Below are positions 48,951-62,300 of a DNA stretch of 64,000 nt, one piece after another. Positions within the stretch are counted from its first letter, which is position 1, and each line of letters starts with the position of its first letter. The position numbers and the translations under genes were made by a program. Location of the stretch: positions 5,039,239 through 5,103,238 of the forward strand of contig NW_026867487.1 of NCBI RefSeq assembly GCF_020745735.1, written 5' to 3'. This DNA is from Hemiscyllium ocellatum (Eukaryota). Under the pieces are notes generated by a model. The model did not search any database. It had not been told where the DNA came from and was given only the letters and a program-made list of their open reading frames with translations.

Positions 48951-50390
48951 GGCAGTGTTATAAACAGAGGGAGAGTCTGAACAAAAACATATGCTGCACT
49001 GCTGTGCATCAATGCAATTATTTCAGGGCTCTATAATTCGATGTTAAGGGGACCACGGTAACAGAAAAAGAGACAGAACAGCCGAGAAAGACGTAAAGGG
49101 TGGACGAAGTGAAGAGAATTGAAAATATGGTGAAGACAAAGCAAGCACATTCACATATGCTAACATCAGTGAAATAAAAGATGAGAGAAAGTGCGGAAAT
49201 AAAGTAACAACTCATATAGAAGATAAAATGATGGCAATCTATTGAAAGATAAATGCAAAAATAACGAGTGTCATGCATAGACGTTAAATATTAAATCAGT
49301 TTAAGTCATAAATTAACCTGGAAGGATAGTAATATGGCCTTTCTTTTAACATCATTCAAATTTAATTAACACTTACGCATTCCAATTTTCTCAAAAATGA
49401 TTCGAATAAGCTAATCATTTGACATCATCCCATCGACTCAACTTTTCATTTCCTTGAGGTGCAACGTTCCTAGATATCTGTTCCAGTGGAAACTGTAGTC
49501 CCACTCACTTGAATTCTTTGTGTCCTAATCGCAGACACTTTGTGTCATCCTCACCACTTGCCTTGCCATTTACTTTTGCGTCGTTGGCAAAATACATTTT
49601 CTTCTGTCAGGATTTCTATTAATGTGTACCTCTGCTCTCTCACCATTCCCATTCAGACTTTCAGAGAAACTGTGTCATCATGTCTTCCTTCAAAAAATAT
49701 TACAGTATTTGGGTGTTGCATGCAACTCTTGTATGCATCACTAATACACGTTGAAAATGTGGCAGTGAACCGTTTTGTCTTTTTGCTGTAATGTACCCGG
49801 TGTAAATACCGTTGATACATTTGCGATGGCACAATGTAAAATTAAAGAAATGTCGATTGCTATGACTCTTACCAGAAAATGCAGCAAAATCGACATTCCA
49901 CTCAACTAGTCAAGAAATTGAAAATGCACATTTTTTTAATGGTCATCGTCACTGTGTCCAAAAAAACTCAAACACACTGACTCTCAGTGGCGAAAGGAAG
50001 TTCTCAAAACGCCAGAGAGCAGTTCTCTGAACTGAAGAACTCCAGTTTCTGACACTCGAACCACGTGGACTGCGTTCCTTCTCTGACTTCGCCTGCAGAG
50101 AACCTAAAACTGCCAAATATCAGTGTTGGTTCAAAATGTATGCAAGACCCCGTTGTCTGGCTAATAAATTCACGGAGTTCCTTTCTCTTGTGGCCATATG
50201 AAATGAAGTTCAAAGAGCGTGAAGCTGATTGGTTGAATAAATGAACAAAGACGTTTGACAATCATTGGTTGTCACCTCATGCCTTTGTCAACAATGAACC
50301 AATAGGCAGAGATCCGGAAATGTTAGCAATTCTTGACGAAAAGTATTTTAGCTTCGATGTGCTCACATTCGCTGTGATCTCTCGGTAACA

Positions 50391-51469
50391 ATGACGACTG
50401 GAGCGTTGTGTTTATTCCTCACAGCTGTAGCTGTTCTAATGGGTAGGTTGATAAGTTGACGATCTTTTTCTTTCATATCCACAGTGACAATTACATTAAC
50501 CCCAGCAGTTCCATCAAAGTAGAAGGAGCGATGCATTCTCTCCAAATGAATATAACCAAATTTATCCAACACCTGCACTATTTGGTATGAGTTAGCAAAA
50601 GACCCAATTGAAAGACTGTTGAAGACTTAGTCTGGGAATTAAGAAAGACGGGGTCTGTTCAGATACTTTGACAGAGGCGAGAGCTATAAATTAACATACC
50701 GTTTGCAGTTTTCCCTTCAGTATCGGGAACGAAATGGAAAATGAACTTGTTAGGCGGTGTGACCCGTGTACTGAAGGAGGTTTTATTTAATCTGGCAAAT
50801 CCCTTTACCAATACAGCTGCCGAGTTGCATGAAATTAATTTTTGTTTTTCCCGAACTTATTTCGCAGGTTATTGTTCAAGGTCACGGGATGACTGTGGCA
50901 TCAGAATAATGAAATATTTTCTGTAATTTTCAGATTCTCCTGGAGTCTCTAACTTCAAGTGCTGATCCTGCTAATGTTGAGTTTTGCGACGTAACCTGTA
51001 TGCCTCTGTCTAAATTTGTTCCTCTCATTCTATGACCTGTACATCCTTCTTTGCTATGATCTGCCTACACCGCTGGTAAAGAAAATTTTCCAGTACACTG
51101 AGGTACTCGTGACAAATAGTCAATCAATTGACCAATCAAGTAAATCGATCAATCAATTTTTGCAGGGCTTTGCCTAGGAGATTCTGTCTCACAGACACCG
51201 GCTTCAATTGCAGTGAATGAGGAGGACAATGTCCAGTTGTTCTGTAATTATACGACAACAAGCAATACTCCTTACCTGTTCTGGTACCTCCAACATTCCA
51301 ATGGTTCCATGGAGTTTCTGCTCCGGAGAAGCAAATTTGGCGCGAACGCAGAAGGGTTTCAAGGAGACCGGTTTTCCTCAAAGCTCGATCATGTGAACAG
51401 CACCATCAACCTGAAAGTGGTGAAAACAGAGCTGGCAGACTCTGCAATGTATTACTGCGCACTGAGCCC
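50391..51469 (+). CDS. V segment Ve3 (distal leader 50391-50442; V exon 51166-51469)
   Basis: Leader MTTGALCLFLTAVAVLM(G). V exon is open. 23-RSS CACGGAG/ACAAAAACT at 51470-51508. Confidence 0.8.
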
Positions 51470-54400
51470 CACGGAGACTCAGAACTGGGCCGACCCTGTA
51501 CAAAAACTGTCAGGGAGTCACTGAACATGACAGTGTGTCAGGCAAGCGGTGAGATCAGGAGTGGATCTGAAATTGTATGCGAATTCGAGGAAAATCTGAT
51601 ACTTTTTCACTTGAATACATACTCTATTCGTTATAAATATATTAGTGAAATAAACTAAAGCTGTCAGTTTAGTGAATGAAAAGTGAATACATGATTTCAA
51701 ACCTTTTGAAATGTCCCAAAGCGTTCCACGTTTACTGCAATGAGAGATAGCGAAAATGCAGCAACGAGTTACGTCCAACAAAATCCAAAGCATTTGGTGA
51801 GGGAAACCTCGTGATTCTGATCTGCCACGTGCATCGCTGGAGCAACCTGAATAACATCAAACATTTTGTGTGTAGTGAGTACTGTCTCTGCAGCTGCATG
51901 TTAACAGTTTCAAAATAGAGAGAGACAGATTCGTTGGTCCAGGATAACGTAGACTTGCTTTCAAATACCAACCAGCAAGTGGGATATAGCTCCAATCTGA
52001 ACAACACTAATCAAATAAACACACTCAACAATGGCAGATTAATGAGGCAAAGTGATTAGTGGAAATCTTATTCGCATGTGGTTTCTGCTTATTGGGCTGT
52101 CTGGAAATGAACATTCTTCAACGAACACCTCAATTTTGTTGATTGTTCTCAATCGTTCATACCTGATTATGTCAATTGTGTAAAGACAAGAGGATCCTGT
52201 TCTGCCTCTTGCGACATTTAAGTGAAACCGAATACTATTACGACCACAAATTGCATTGGAGAAGGTGGAGGTGATCTGCCTCTTGGACTGCTGAGCTCTT
52301 TGAGATGGAAGGAAACTCACAGTGTTGTTAGCAAGGGAGATCCAGAATTTTGACTCAGCGGCTGTGAAATAATATATATACTGTTCTCTGTAAATTGGTG
52401 ACTTACGTTGAGAGAAAGTTACAGGTGGTATTGTAATCCAAACATTCGGAATTTTCGAATCGATTTTGTTTAGTCTTGGATATATGACTCCGCTGGGATT
52501 CTGTTTATTCAACTGCCTGGACACTTATCCCTGATTGCAGAGATTTTCCCTTTGGGTCATGAAACTAATGGACTGATACTGATACAAAAACCGGGGTTTC
52601 TGGAAAAGGTCTGGTGGCATCAGTGAAGAGAAATTAAAGTTTACGTTTTGTGTCCTGTGCCCTTTCCTCAGATTTGAGACAACATTATCAATACAACCCC
52701 TATTTGAAGACATCGTTTGGCTCGTGGTAGGAAAGGCACTACCATAAATGCATAGTCCGCCTGTGTCACCACAAACTGCCCTTGAACTGGCTGCCGAGGG
52801 TTTGGCATTGTCACAAACTTGTCGATCAAATTTTGCAGATTGAGATATTCTCATGATCAGCTCTACATGCTGAAGTCCACATGAAAGATTGGGGCAGCTA
52901 CTGCCAAGACACAGTGGGGAAAGACCATAGACTGTGGTCATCATGCTGAAGGCAAATGAGGGTACATTCAATTCTCGGACTTTCCTAGTGTGTCAAATAT
53001 ATGTAACTAGCAGCGTTGTATGTGCAGGAGAGGTCTTTGCTTTGTATTTAGTCAAACTCGAACGTTCTGTGTGTTTACTTGATAAGCAACTGTGTAGAAC
53101 GGAACAGTTTTTAGTTCAAGGTATATACATGAAGATATTGTTTTATGAGTAAACTATATTTTTGAAATTAAAAGAAGTTCAATTGAAGTGTGATTATCGC
53201 TTATTGAAAACTTCACCCAACACCCTGCTCTGGCGACGTGAAATAAAGTCAAAAGTGTGGCACTGGAGACGCACGACAGGTCAGAAAGATCTGGAGGGTC
53301 AACGTCTCGAGCTTAAGCTCTTCATCAGGAATAATGCAGTCCTCACTATCTCCCCCGACATGAAGTAAAGTCACTCATAGCAATTTTGAAGGTCTTTGCA
53401 AAGACTGCTTTTTATTCCCCCCTCCCCAACAAAATGAAGTTAAATCACAAAATGATAACATTGCAAAGGAATATTACGGTGATGTAATCGGTGACAAATA
53501 TGCATTAACATCAGAAACAGCTACGGAGCTTCAACAGATCTGGCAATATCTGTCAAGAGTGAAACTATGTTAACTTTTCGAGTCTGATATGATTCCTTTT
53601 CAGAACGTTTTGTTCTCAACTTTTGTCATAATGGCTGAGAGAACACACCGTTAACGCCATGTTCTCCAGGCTACTGAGGTGCATTTGCGAAAATTGATTC
53701 CGCATAATCTGCTCTCCCAATCTTCACTGTGCAGGTGCAAATTGAAAGCCAATGGCGTGACATTGACAATCTCAATTTTATTCTTCCTCTCACAACTCTA
53801 AACTGTCCACTTCTGAAATGGTTGCATTTTGCTCTTTCATGTCTAACTCCAACTTCGAACGAAATATATCCCAGATCAAACGTTCCAGAAATATTACATT
53901 CAAAGGAACAAATGGATTTGACATGAAATATCAACTTACAATGGTCACTGAAGCCTGTCTTGTGAATGTCCAAACAATTGTAGTAAACTGATCAGAGATT
54001 TCTTAATGTTAAAGACATTTACATGTATTAGTATGAAGTATCTACATCATTAGATTGTGCCATGACATTGTTATCAAGACGGGAAGCTAATGAGCAAACA
54101 TCAGTACAACAATAATCAATCACAGAGGAAGCATAAGCTGCAGATACATGGAATAGCTAATGGATGATCAAAATCAGACCGAGGGCAAACGCTAAATTGA
54201 AGTATATCAGGAAGAATGACAGATTTGCTTTTGGATATTGGACGCATCTCATCTCATTGCTCGAAGTCAAGTTTCTGTTGTCACTTTATTCAGTGTCGCA
54301 GGGAGTTCTGAAGCTGATGATTCATGATTTCTGTTGTGCACCCCCTTCACTGGCTGGAGCACAATGCCAGATATTTCTAGCAGTAATTCTATGTCAATCA

Positions 54401-54670
54401 CGTTCATTTGCCCAATGGCATCAATTCTCTGATCGGATGTTTGCATCTTATTCACTTGTATTAAACATAGAGTGAGAAGACAGATCCCGCTCGGAGTCAG
54501 CACCCATTGACCCTTCGGTGTGAAATATATTTTTTTAAATTTGAACTTGGTTCATTCTGGTATTAAGGTAGGAAGTAAATGTTACTCTCGACTTGACGAG
54601 CCACATTTAGCTCTTGGTTCCATTTGGGCAGTGTTTTTGCACGAGGCGCAGCCTGGTTCCTGTCACTGTG

Positions 54671-55184
54671 TCTCTCAGTCCGCAGTAATATACTGCGCTG
54701 TCAGACACCTGCAGTTCATAGATGGTGAAATCCCCCTCATTTTTTGACTTGTCCAAATATGCAGAAAATCGATCAGACACCCCCTCTCCTCTGCTAATAC
54801 TGCCAACGTTGTCAACGTAGATTAAGAATATTGGAGATTTCCCTGGGTCCTGACGGTACAGTTGCAAAGTATGCAAGCTATAGGTGGTCGAATATCTGAA
54901 ACGAATGGTTACTGAATCTCTTTCAAATTGTCTCACTGTAACCGGCTTCTGTGAGATCGAATCGGCACAATTAACACCTGTGCAAATATAAAAAGAAAGT
55001 GACATTAAAATGACGATCACGATGAATGTTACCGAGTCAACGCATATACTGTAATCGAGGGGAACACAGACAAATCGAAAATTGTTATAGATATTTTAAC
55101 ACTACAGAATATTTTACAACTCAGAAACTTGCCTTTTAAGAACATTGTAGTAGCGAGAAATGAATAAATAATAACAGTCGACAT
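54671..55184 (-). CDS. V segment Vb3, non-canonical (no Cys23/Trp41), GC-AG leader intron
   Basis: Leader 55184-55133 MSTVIIYSFLATTMFLK(G) with donor GCAAGT. V exon 54977-54671 is open. 23-RSS CACAGTG/GCAAAAACA at 54670-54632. Confidence 0.88.
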
Positions 55185-56239
55185 GTTTGCAAAGCAGATG
55201 GTGAGAACAAAGAAAATTGAAGCTGATTCTTTTCAGCTGGCAGTCATTGGTGTGTCATATCCGGTCTCGCTGCTGAATGGTTCGGAATCACCATATATCA
55301 CCCAATCGGCTAACAGCTGCCTTGTTCTTCAGTCCATGACGTCAACATGTTGACCACGGGAAGTCTGGTGCTAAATGAAGGAGGCTGTTTGCTCCATTCA
55401 ACCTGCTCCACTAGCGAACAATATGATCCACATCATTTCCAACTTCTGGCAGACTACTCAATACACATCTTTTGATTCATTAATCTATCAATGTCGACCC
55501 AAAATATACTCCACGCCAGGGCTTGCTGATCACTGAATAAACCTGACAGCAGCACTAACTTCAATTCTCCTCTTTAACAAAGTCAGCCCTGCTCACTAGT
55601 GCTTAATAGTTAATGCTGATTGCATTTAAGGGCATGGAGGTTCTGCTGTAATTGTACACTGTGTTGGTAAGGCCGCACCCGGAGTATTGTGCACAGTTCT
55701 GACCTCCTTACTTGAGGAAAGATTTACTGGTTTGGAGGCGGTGGCCTCAATATTAGGGCAAGTGGGTTTAGGATTGAGTAAAGGAGAAACTGCTTTTCCC
55801 AGAGACAGTGGAATTCCCTGCCAAAGGAAGCAGAGGAGGCAGTTTCATTAAATTTATTCAAGACACATTTGAATGAGTTTTTGCATATTTGGGAAAATAA
55901 GGGTTATGGGGATAATGCAGGTTAGAAGAGCCGAGACAATGGATAGATCTTCATGAATGGCAAAGCGGGATCGATGGGTCAAACGGCCCTCTGCTTCTTC
56001 TATTACTATGTGCCATCGGCGGGCACAGCGACACAAGAAGGTTTTATGCAGAAAAATGCACAATGTGAAATGCAGAAAGAGTTATCTTGGGATTACAGAT
56101 GTTTGTCGCTTGGTTTCCAATTGGTTGACAATTCAGCGACATATCAGAAATATTGCTTAGGATACATGTAGGGAAAGGAGACTCATGAGTGTGTCTGGAT
56201 AGTTTCTGTATGGACTGACTGCAACTCTTGATCAGCGTG

Positions 56240-56674
56240 AGACTCAGCGCACAGTGGTAGACGGCAGAGTCAGATACAAGAGCAACAGTGATATTTAAAG
56301 GAAATATTTTCTGCTTTTTGTCCAGAGTAGAAGAGAACCTGTCAGAGAAAGCTGGAGACGTCTGTTCTTCTTCCTTGTTGAATCTTCTCAGTAAATATCC
56401 CGGAGCTTCCCCGGGATATTGGATATACCAAAAGAGCACTGGAGCAGTGATCTGTGCTGTATAATTACAGTTGAGGATTACAGTCTCTCCTTCCTGAACC
56501 GTTTTTACAACTGGATCCTGGGAAACTGAATCTTGGCCACTCGAACCTGCAACAGAAATAATGAAGTTGTCAAAAATATGGAGGTCGAACTGGTGAAGTG
56601 CATATTGATGATTTTAGGTCAAACTTACCTGACACCACTGTCATAATTATCAGTAAAGCACATAAAAAGCACAT
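56240..56674 (-). CDS. V segment Vc3, open reading frame
   Basis: Leader 56674-56629. V exon 56546-56240. 23-RSS CACGCTG/ACAGAAACT at 56239-56201. Confidence 0.9.
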
Positions 56675-57869
56675 TTTCAGGTTCGGCAGTAAACAATGTA
56701 TTTTTCAAAATATTTTGACCTTCAGATGTTACATGCGGGGCTGAAACCCGATCAGAAACAACCTTCACTTTCTGGACAAGTGAGACATATGTTCCCTTGA
56801 TCCAAATGGGTGGTTTCTCACATCTGACGTCAACAGTGGACCAATCACAGTTAAGACAGAACCGAATAGAGCTGACTCTCTCCAATCTCTTCCCTGGCTG
56901 TCTTGCTCACGCTGTTGCTTTTTCTCATGCTTTCAGCCGTTATATCGTCTTCCACCATTACACTATATTTTCGGCAGCAATCGATCGGGCACTCTTCACA
57001 GAGGTAGATCTTTCTCTGTAGGTGAGATGAAAGGTGAAAAAGTGCAAAATTGTTTTATTACTCAGGTCTCAATCAATTTGCGCAGCCAATGTCCACAGTG
57101 AAGCTGAGCGAGGAAATGACAAGCAGTTATCTACCTCGAATCTGAGTTGTGGTGCTAGTGGGGCTCATTGTGTTTTGGCAGTTTGCTGACTTCAAACAGA
57201 AACAATTTTCACTGCATCAAAAATCCCACCAACCAGATTCAGATGACATCAGTTTTCAAAGACAGTTTGGCATCAAATCTGGAAGTTTTAGAAGTAAAAA
57301 TTGATTAGTTACTGACAGAGGACATGATGAATTGCAACAGAATGACGTCATTTGCCCTTGAGAACTGCTTCCGAAAAACAATTTGATGCAACCATAAGAA
57401 CAGTGACACACACGCAAGCAATATGGAGTGATTCATCACTCAAGGTAGTACAGTATGCTTTAATCAGCAGGAGAATACTTGGGCATGAATAACCTTAAGC
57501 CATGGAACGTCATGATGTATGGGGACGATACCGAGGATTGTGAGGGCAACTCCCTCCTGATTGCATGCAATGGCCTGGCTACCTCAGCTCAATCTATCCT
57601 GCCGGTGGGATGGGACATACACAGGGATGGTGGCCGTTGTGTCTTGGATGTTGTCTATCAGATATGATTCTATTGTTATGAGCTTGTCAGGCTGTTGCTT
57701 GACTCGTCTGTAAGACAGCCCTCCAACTTTGGCACTACTTCCCACATGTTCGTAAGGACAACTTTGCAGAGTCCACATTACCTTTTCCTCAGTTATTTTT
57801 TTTCCCTGACGCTATGTGGATCATACCGTTGCATGTCTTTGATGAGAATTCAAAGAGATTGGTAGACGT

Positions 57870-58210
57870 GGGCGGCACGGTGGCGCAGTGGTTCGCACTG
57901 CTGCCTCGCAGCACCAGGGACCGACATTCGATTCGAGCCTTGGGCGACTGTGTGGAGTTTGCACATTCCCCCGTGTTTGCATGGGTTTCTTCCATGTGCT
58001 CCACTTTCCTCTCAATATCCAAATATGTGCAGGCTAGGTGAATTGGTCATGCTAAAGCTATACATAGTGCTCAAGGATGTGTAGATAGGGTTCGTCAGGG
58101 GAGATGTAGAGTTATTGGGCTGAGTCTGGGTGGGTAATCTTCAGTGGGTGGTGTGGACCTGTTGGGGCAAATGGCCCGTTTTCACACTGCTGGGATTCTA
58201 TGATATCTAC
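57870..58210 (+). mobile_element. HE1-type SINE (homolog of 13601-13925)
   Basis: gggcggcacggtggcgcagtggttcgcactgctgcctc head. Confidence 0.8.
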
Positions 58211-58861
58211 GAATAGAGTAGCTTGTTCCACCAGTGTTGTGGTTCTGTAGTCGCATATGAGCCAGACCAGGAAAGGACAGACGAATTCCGGAAGTACTTT
58301 ATTGAATCACGTCAATCAATCGACAATGTTGTCATGGTCATTGTTAGATTCTTAATTCTAGATGTTTAATTTTATTCATATCAAATTTCACCATCTACTT
58401 TGATGTGATTCGAATTCTGTTTCCCAAACATTAACTGACTCCCTGGAATAATAACACCGCGATAATATTAATAGGTTTTCTCCACCTACCTTTAAAAATT
58501 TTCTCCAAAATTTTCCTTTTCAAACATACTTCCCATTTTCTTTTGAAAGTTCCCATTGAAGATGTATTCGTCATTATTTCAGCTAATGCATTCCAGTTCA
58601 TTTTAATTCATAAGAAGGAATGAGCATATCTCAAAGGTCAGTGTGTAGGATGCACATATCACGACAAGAGGAAATTCTTGGACACAATGCAGGTCCTTCT
58701 TTATCTAGTAGTCAAACTATTATCATTATTAAAGAACTCCACAGATGCATTTCACTTGCACTTCCACCTGCAATTTTATGACAGAGTTCATCTAACTGCT
58801 TTCAAATGTGTTTTTGCCCATAAATCAGGACGGTAATGCAAACAGGTGCAACTGTTGGAGA

Positions 58862-59372
58862 ACGTTGTGAAACTTGAAGGGGTTCAGAAAAAATTTACAC
58901 GGATGTTGCCAGGGTTAGAGGATTTGAGTTATAGGGAGAGACCGAACAGGCTGGGGCTGTTTTCCCTAGCGTGTCGGAGGCTGAGGGGTGACCTTATAGC
59001 GGTTTACAAAATTATGGGGGACATGGATAGGGTAAATAGGCAAAGTCATTTCCCTGAGCTATGGGAGTCCAGACCTAGAGGGCATAGGTTAAGGGTGAGA
59101 GGGGAACGATATAAAAAAGACCGACAGGGCAACTTTTTGACACAGAGGATGGTATGTATATGGAATGAGCTGCCAGAGGAAGTGGTGGAGGCTAGTACAT
59201 TTGCAACATTTAAGAGGCATTTGGATGGGTAGATAAATAGTAAGGGTTTAGAGGGATATGGGCCGGGTGCTGGCAAGTGGGGCTCGATTGGGATATCTGG
59301 TTAGTATGGACGAGTTAGACCGAAGGGCCTGTTTCCACGCAGTACATCTCTATGATTCTATGCTTATGACTC
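58862..59372 (+). mobile_element. CR1-clade LINE 3' fragment, unit 4 only
   Basis: VVKLEGVQKKFTRMLPGLEDLSYRER..FLTQRMVCIWNELP with a ctatgattctatg tail. The site is empty at ~14575. Confidence 0.85.
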
Positions 59373-62300
59373 TTATTGTCAAGTGTCGTTTTCAAACTGC
59401 AAACTTAAACCTGACACTTTATTTTCAGTGAGGAACAATTCACAAACACAACCATCTATGAGTTTCAGATCTCCAGCATCCAAAATTGTGTTTCGTCTTA
59501 TGAATGCAATCACAGCCTTACTGAGAAAGGAATTTAAACTCATCAAGAAGTTTGACAAACATTCACAGCACGGAGACACTATGCTCAACTTATGTGCAGT
59601 CATAGATTCAATCAATCATCCCCTGAGCAGACACAAAGACGACGTTGTCAAGGAGGAACCATGAATATGGGAAGATTATGGCAAGGGATTCAATTTCCCA
59701 TCCTAGCTGGAAATCCATTGAAGAAATCTGTGGGAGATGAATTTCTGGAGTTTGTTATGAACGTTTTTGAAGCAAAACGTTAAAGGACCAAATCAAAATC
59801 AGCTTATTTTAGGTTCAGCCTTGGTTAAAGACGGAGAAAAATTCATACTGTTGTACCTGCCACACAGTGTGTTGAAGTTCTTTGATTCAGCAAAAGAACC
59901 GTGAGTCGACTCTTACAGAAAATGATATTCGTTTATTGGACACAATTAATATGAGAACCATAAACCATAAAAAACTACATTTCTTATGATTTAATTTAAC
60001 TTTGTGCATTCGTATACCACCACATTCAAACTTGGCCAGGCTCCATATAACGATGCCTTCCTTCACTTCCGATGTCTTGACGGTGTCTTCTCCTTCGGTG
60101 GTTATTCTCGAGTTACCATCCTGGGTGTGGTTTTGTGTTGACTGCTCTCCTTCCGAGATTTCACGCCTTTTTGGGAGGATGTTGAGTATCTTCCAACAGA
60201 TTAATCAGGTTCGATTACCCTAAAGGATCAGATCCAACCAGGTGTTGGCGCGTTGATGGCAGGTTGGCCCTTAAGCATCCAATATGGTAAATGCTGGGTG
60301 CACGTAACCTCCTCCAAATAAGGGTGCCAGGCGCCTCTCTCTCCAGTGAATCGTTCATTACTTCGAATTGTCCCCGAGGGCGGCATTCCATTGTTGCATT
60401 CAACTCCAACTTCAGGTGTGTGTTGCAGGATCTGCAGCTCTCAGGTTTGTATGCAAACCAACTGTGAGCAACTGTAAGCTTTCGGGATTCTGCAGTATGT
60501 GGATGAGCACCGTCTCTTTAGTCAAGGCAGAGTTCGATTTCCCAGGATGCTTTAATCATTGTTCATCTTTTCTAACTCCATGTTAACTGCAATAGTGTCT
60601 ATCATAAGTTTATTAATTCAGGTGACACTTCAGGCCGTAATAACCTTGCTCTTCAGAGGTGCTGTTGAATACAAAACGTAATGTTGTGCAAATTTAATCA
60701 AGTTTCAAAGTGGCATCATTCATTCTGTAAATAGAGTCTGAAACCTGAACAATGGAAACAATGAAAACTGGAGTCGGAAAATGCTAATGATGGATTGCCA
60801 AAATACACAGAATGATTTGGAAGTACACAGACAGTACTGAGTGGTTGAAGAGGTATTATATAGTCTGTAATTATTATTTGTTGCACGAAAACAGAAACAT
60901 GTGGTTGGAAAATAATTCAACTGTGGCTAACGAAAGATTGAAAATACCCATGTTGTATGCTTTGCAAGGCCACAAGAAACATAGAAGTGAAAGGATTGAA
61001 AGCAATTTAAAATTAAAGGAAGGATGACTAAAAGACCGCTTAAAGGGGAAAAGGGAAGATGCATGGAATGTCAGGTCAATCATAAATTTGGACTGCAGAA
61101 GTTCCTCATGTCGATGAAATGCAGAAAAACACAAAAACATACCGGACTGACACCTGCATCAGCAGCAATATTCACTGTCTTATCACGATTGCACAGCTGC
61201 AAAATTATGGCTGCAACATTGCATTGCAGTAATTTGCCAAGTGTCCTACGACAGAACATTCTCATTCCCTCTACTCCTTAGAAAGACAAACACAGTAGTT
61301 GCATGGGGCCACTTCACTCTCAGGCCATACACGGCACAACTTGGATCACTTGGTCAGGACCCTGGAAATGTCTTGCTAACAACAATGTAGGTGCCCAACT
61401 CAGCAAGCAGTGTAGACATTCAAGAAGGCAAGTCACCAACACTTCTACCAGACAGTTCGGTTTGGTCAAAGCACTCTTCCTGGTTCTCTGTACTGGAAGT
61501 GACAAAATGCCACCCTCTCCTGGTGGTTACACACCACTGCACAAGCAGAGTGGAAAAATCGTTGGGCATTATGTCAGAGGAATGGCAGCAACGCATTGCA
61601 TTTTTCAAATGTACAACAGCATCTGCTCACACACTTATTCAGTATGTGCACGATAGGCGTGATCAGTATGAAATATTGTGTACCACCTTCAGCAAATGTG
61701 CCTGGAGAAGACAGATTAAGAAGCAACAAGTCCTACAACCAGAAGCGTTAACACAGTGAACACAGAGACAGGATCCATTAAAATGCCAGCCCAGTTCTGT
61801 ATGCCTGGTTTCTCAGCACCAAAGGAATACAGGGTGGTAGTTGTTCATGGCAGTAAGACTTGCAACCGATTGAATTATATATCATCCGTTCATAATTTTT
61901 AACCTGCATCTGGAATATATTCATTTATAATGAATGCTCATTTAGGTTAAGCGCAGAAACCCGGCCGGGCTTTCTGTTAATTTGGGAATAAAGGGCAGGT
62001 AAATCCGGAATTTTGTGAACTTTGATCCGCTGTTGAACTTTTGGGGTAACTCCAGGAACTGCAGGTCATATGGCTGTGGAGGGATTCCAATCATCCACCT
62101 GTATACGGAATTGTAAATATTTACATTTTTTCTGTCATGGGAAATCCTTCTAAATTAGACCATTGAGTCCAGGCAACATGCGTTCAAATTCCTTCAGCAC
62201 TGTTTCAGTTTAATAAATCTGTATTTGCATCAATATCCATAACAATTAAATTAGATTCCCGATTTCCTAAATATACTGACTACGCTTCAAAAAGTCAGTT

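Larger units (their letters stand above)
34426..53858. repeat. Duplication unit 3 (complete; carries unit-specific CR1 and PLE insertions)
   Basis: Colinear with unit 1 from the gaatctatccc marker through Ve3. Confidence 0.85.
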
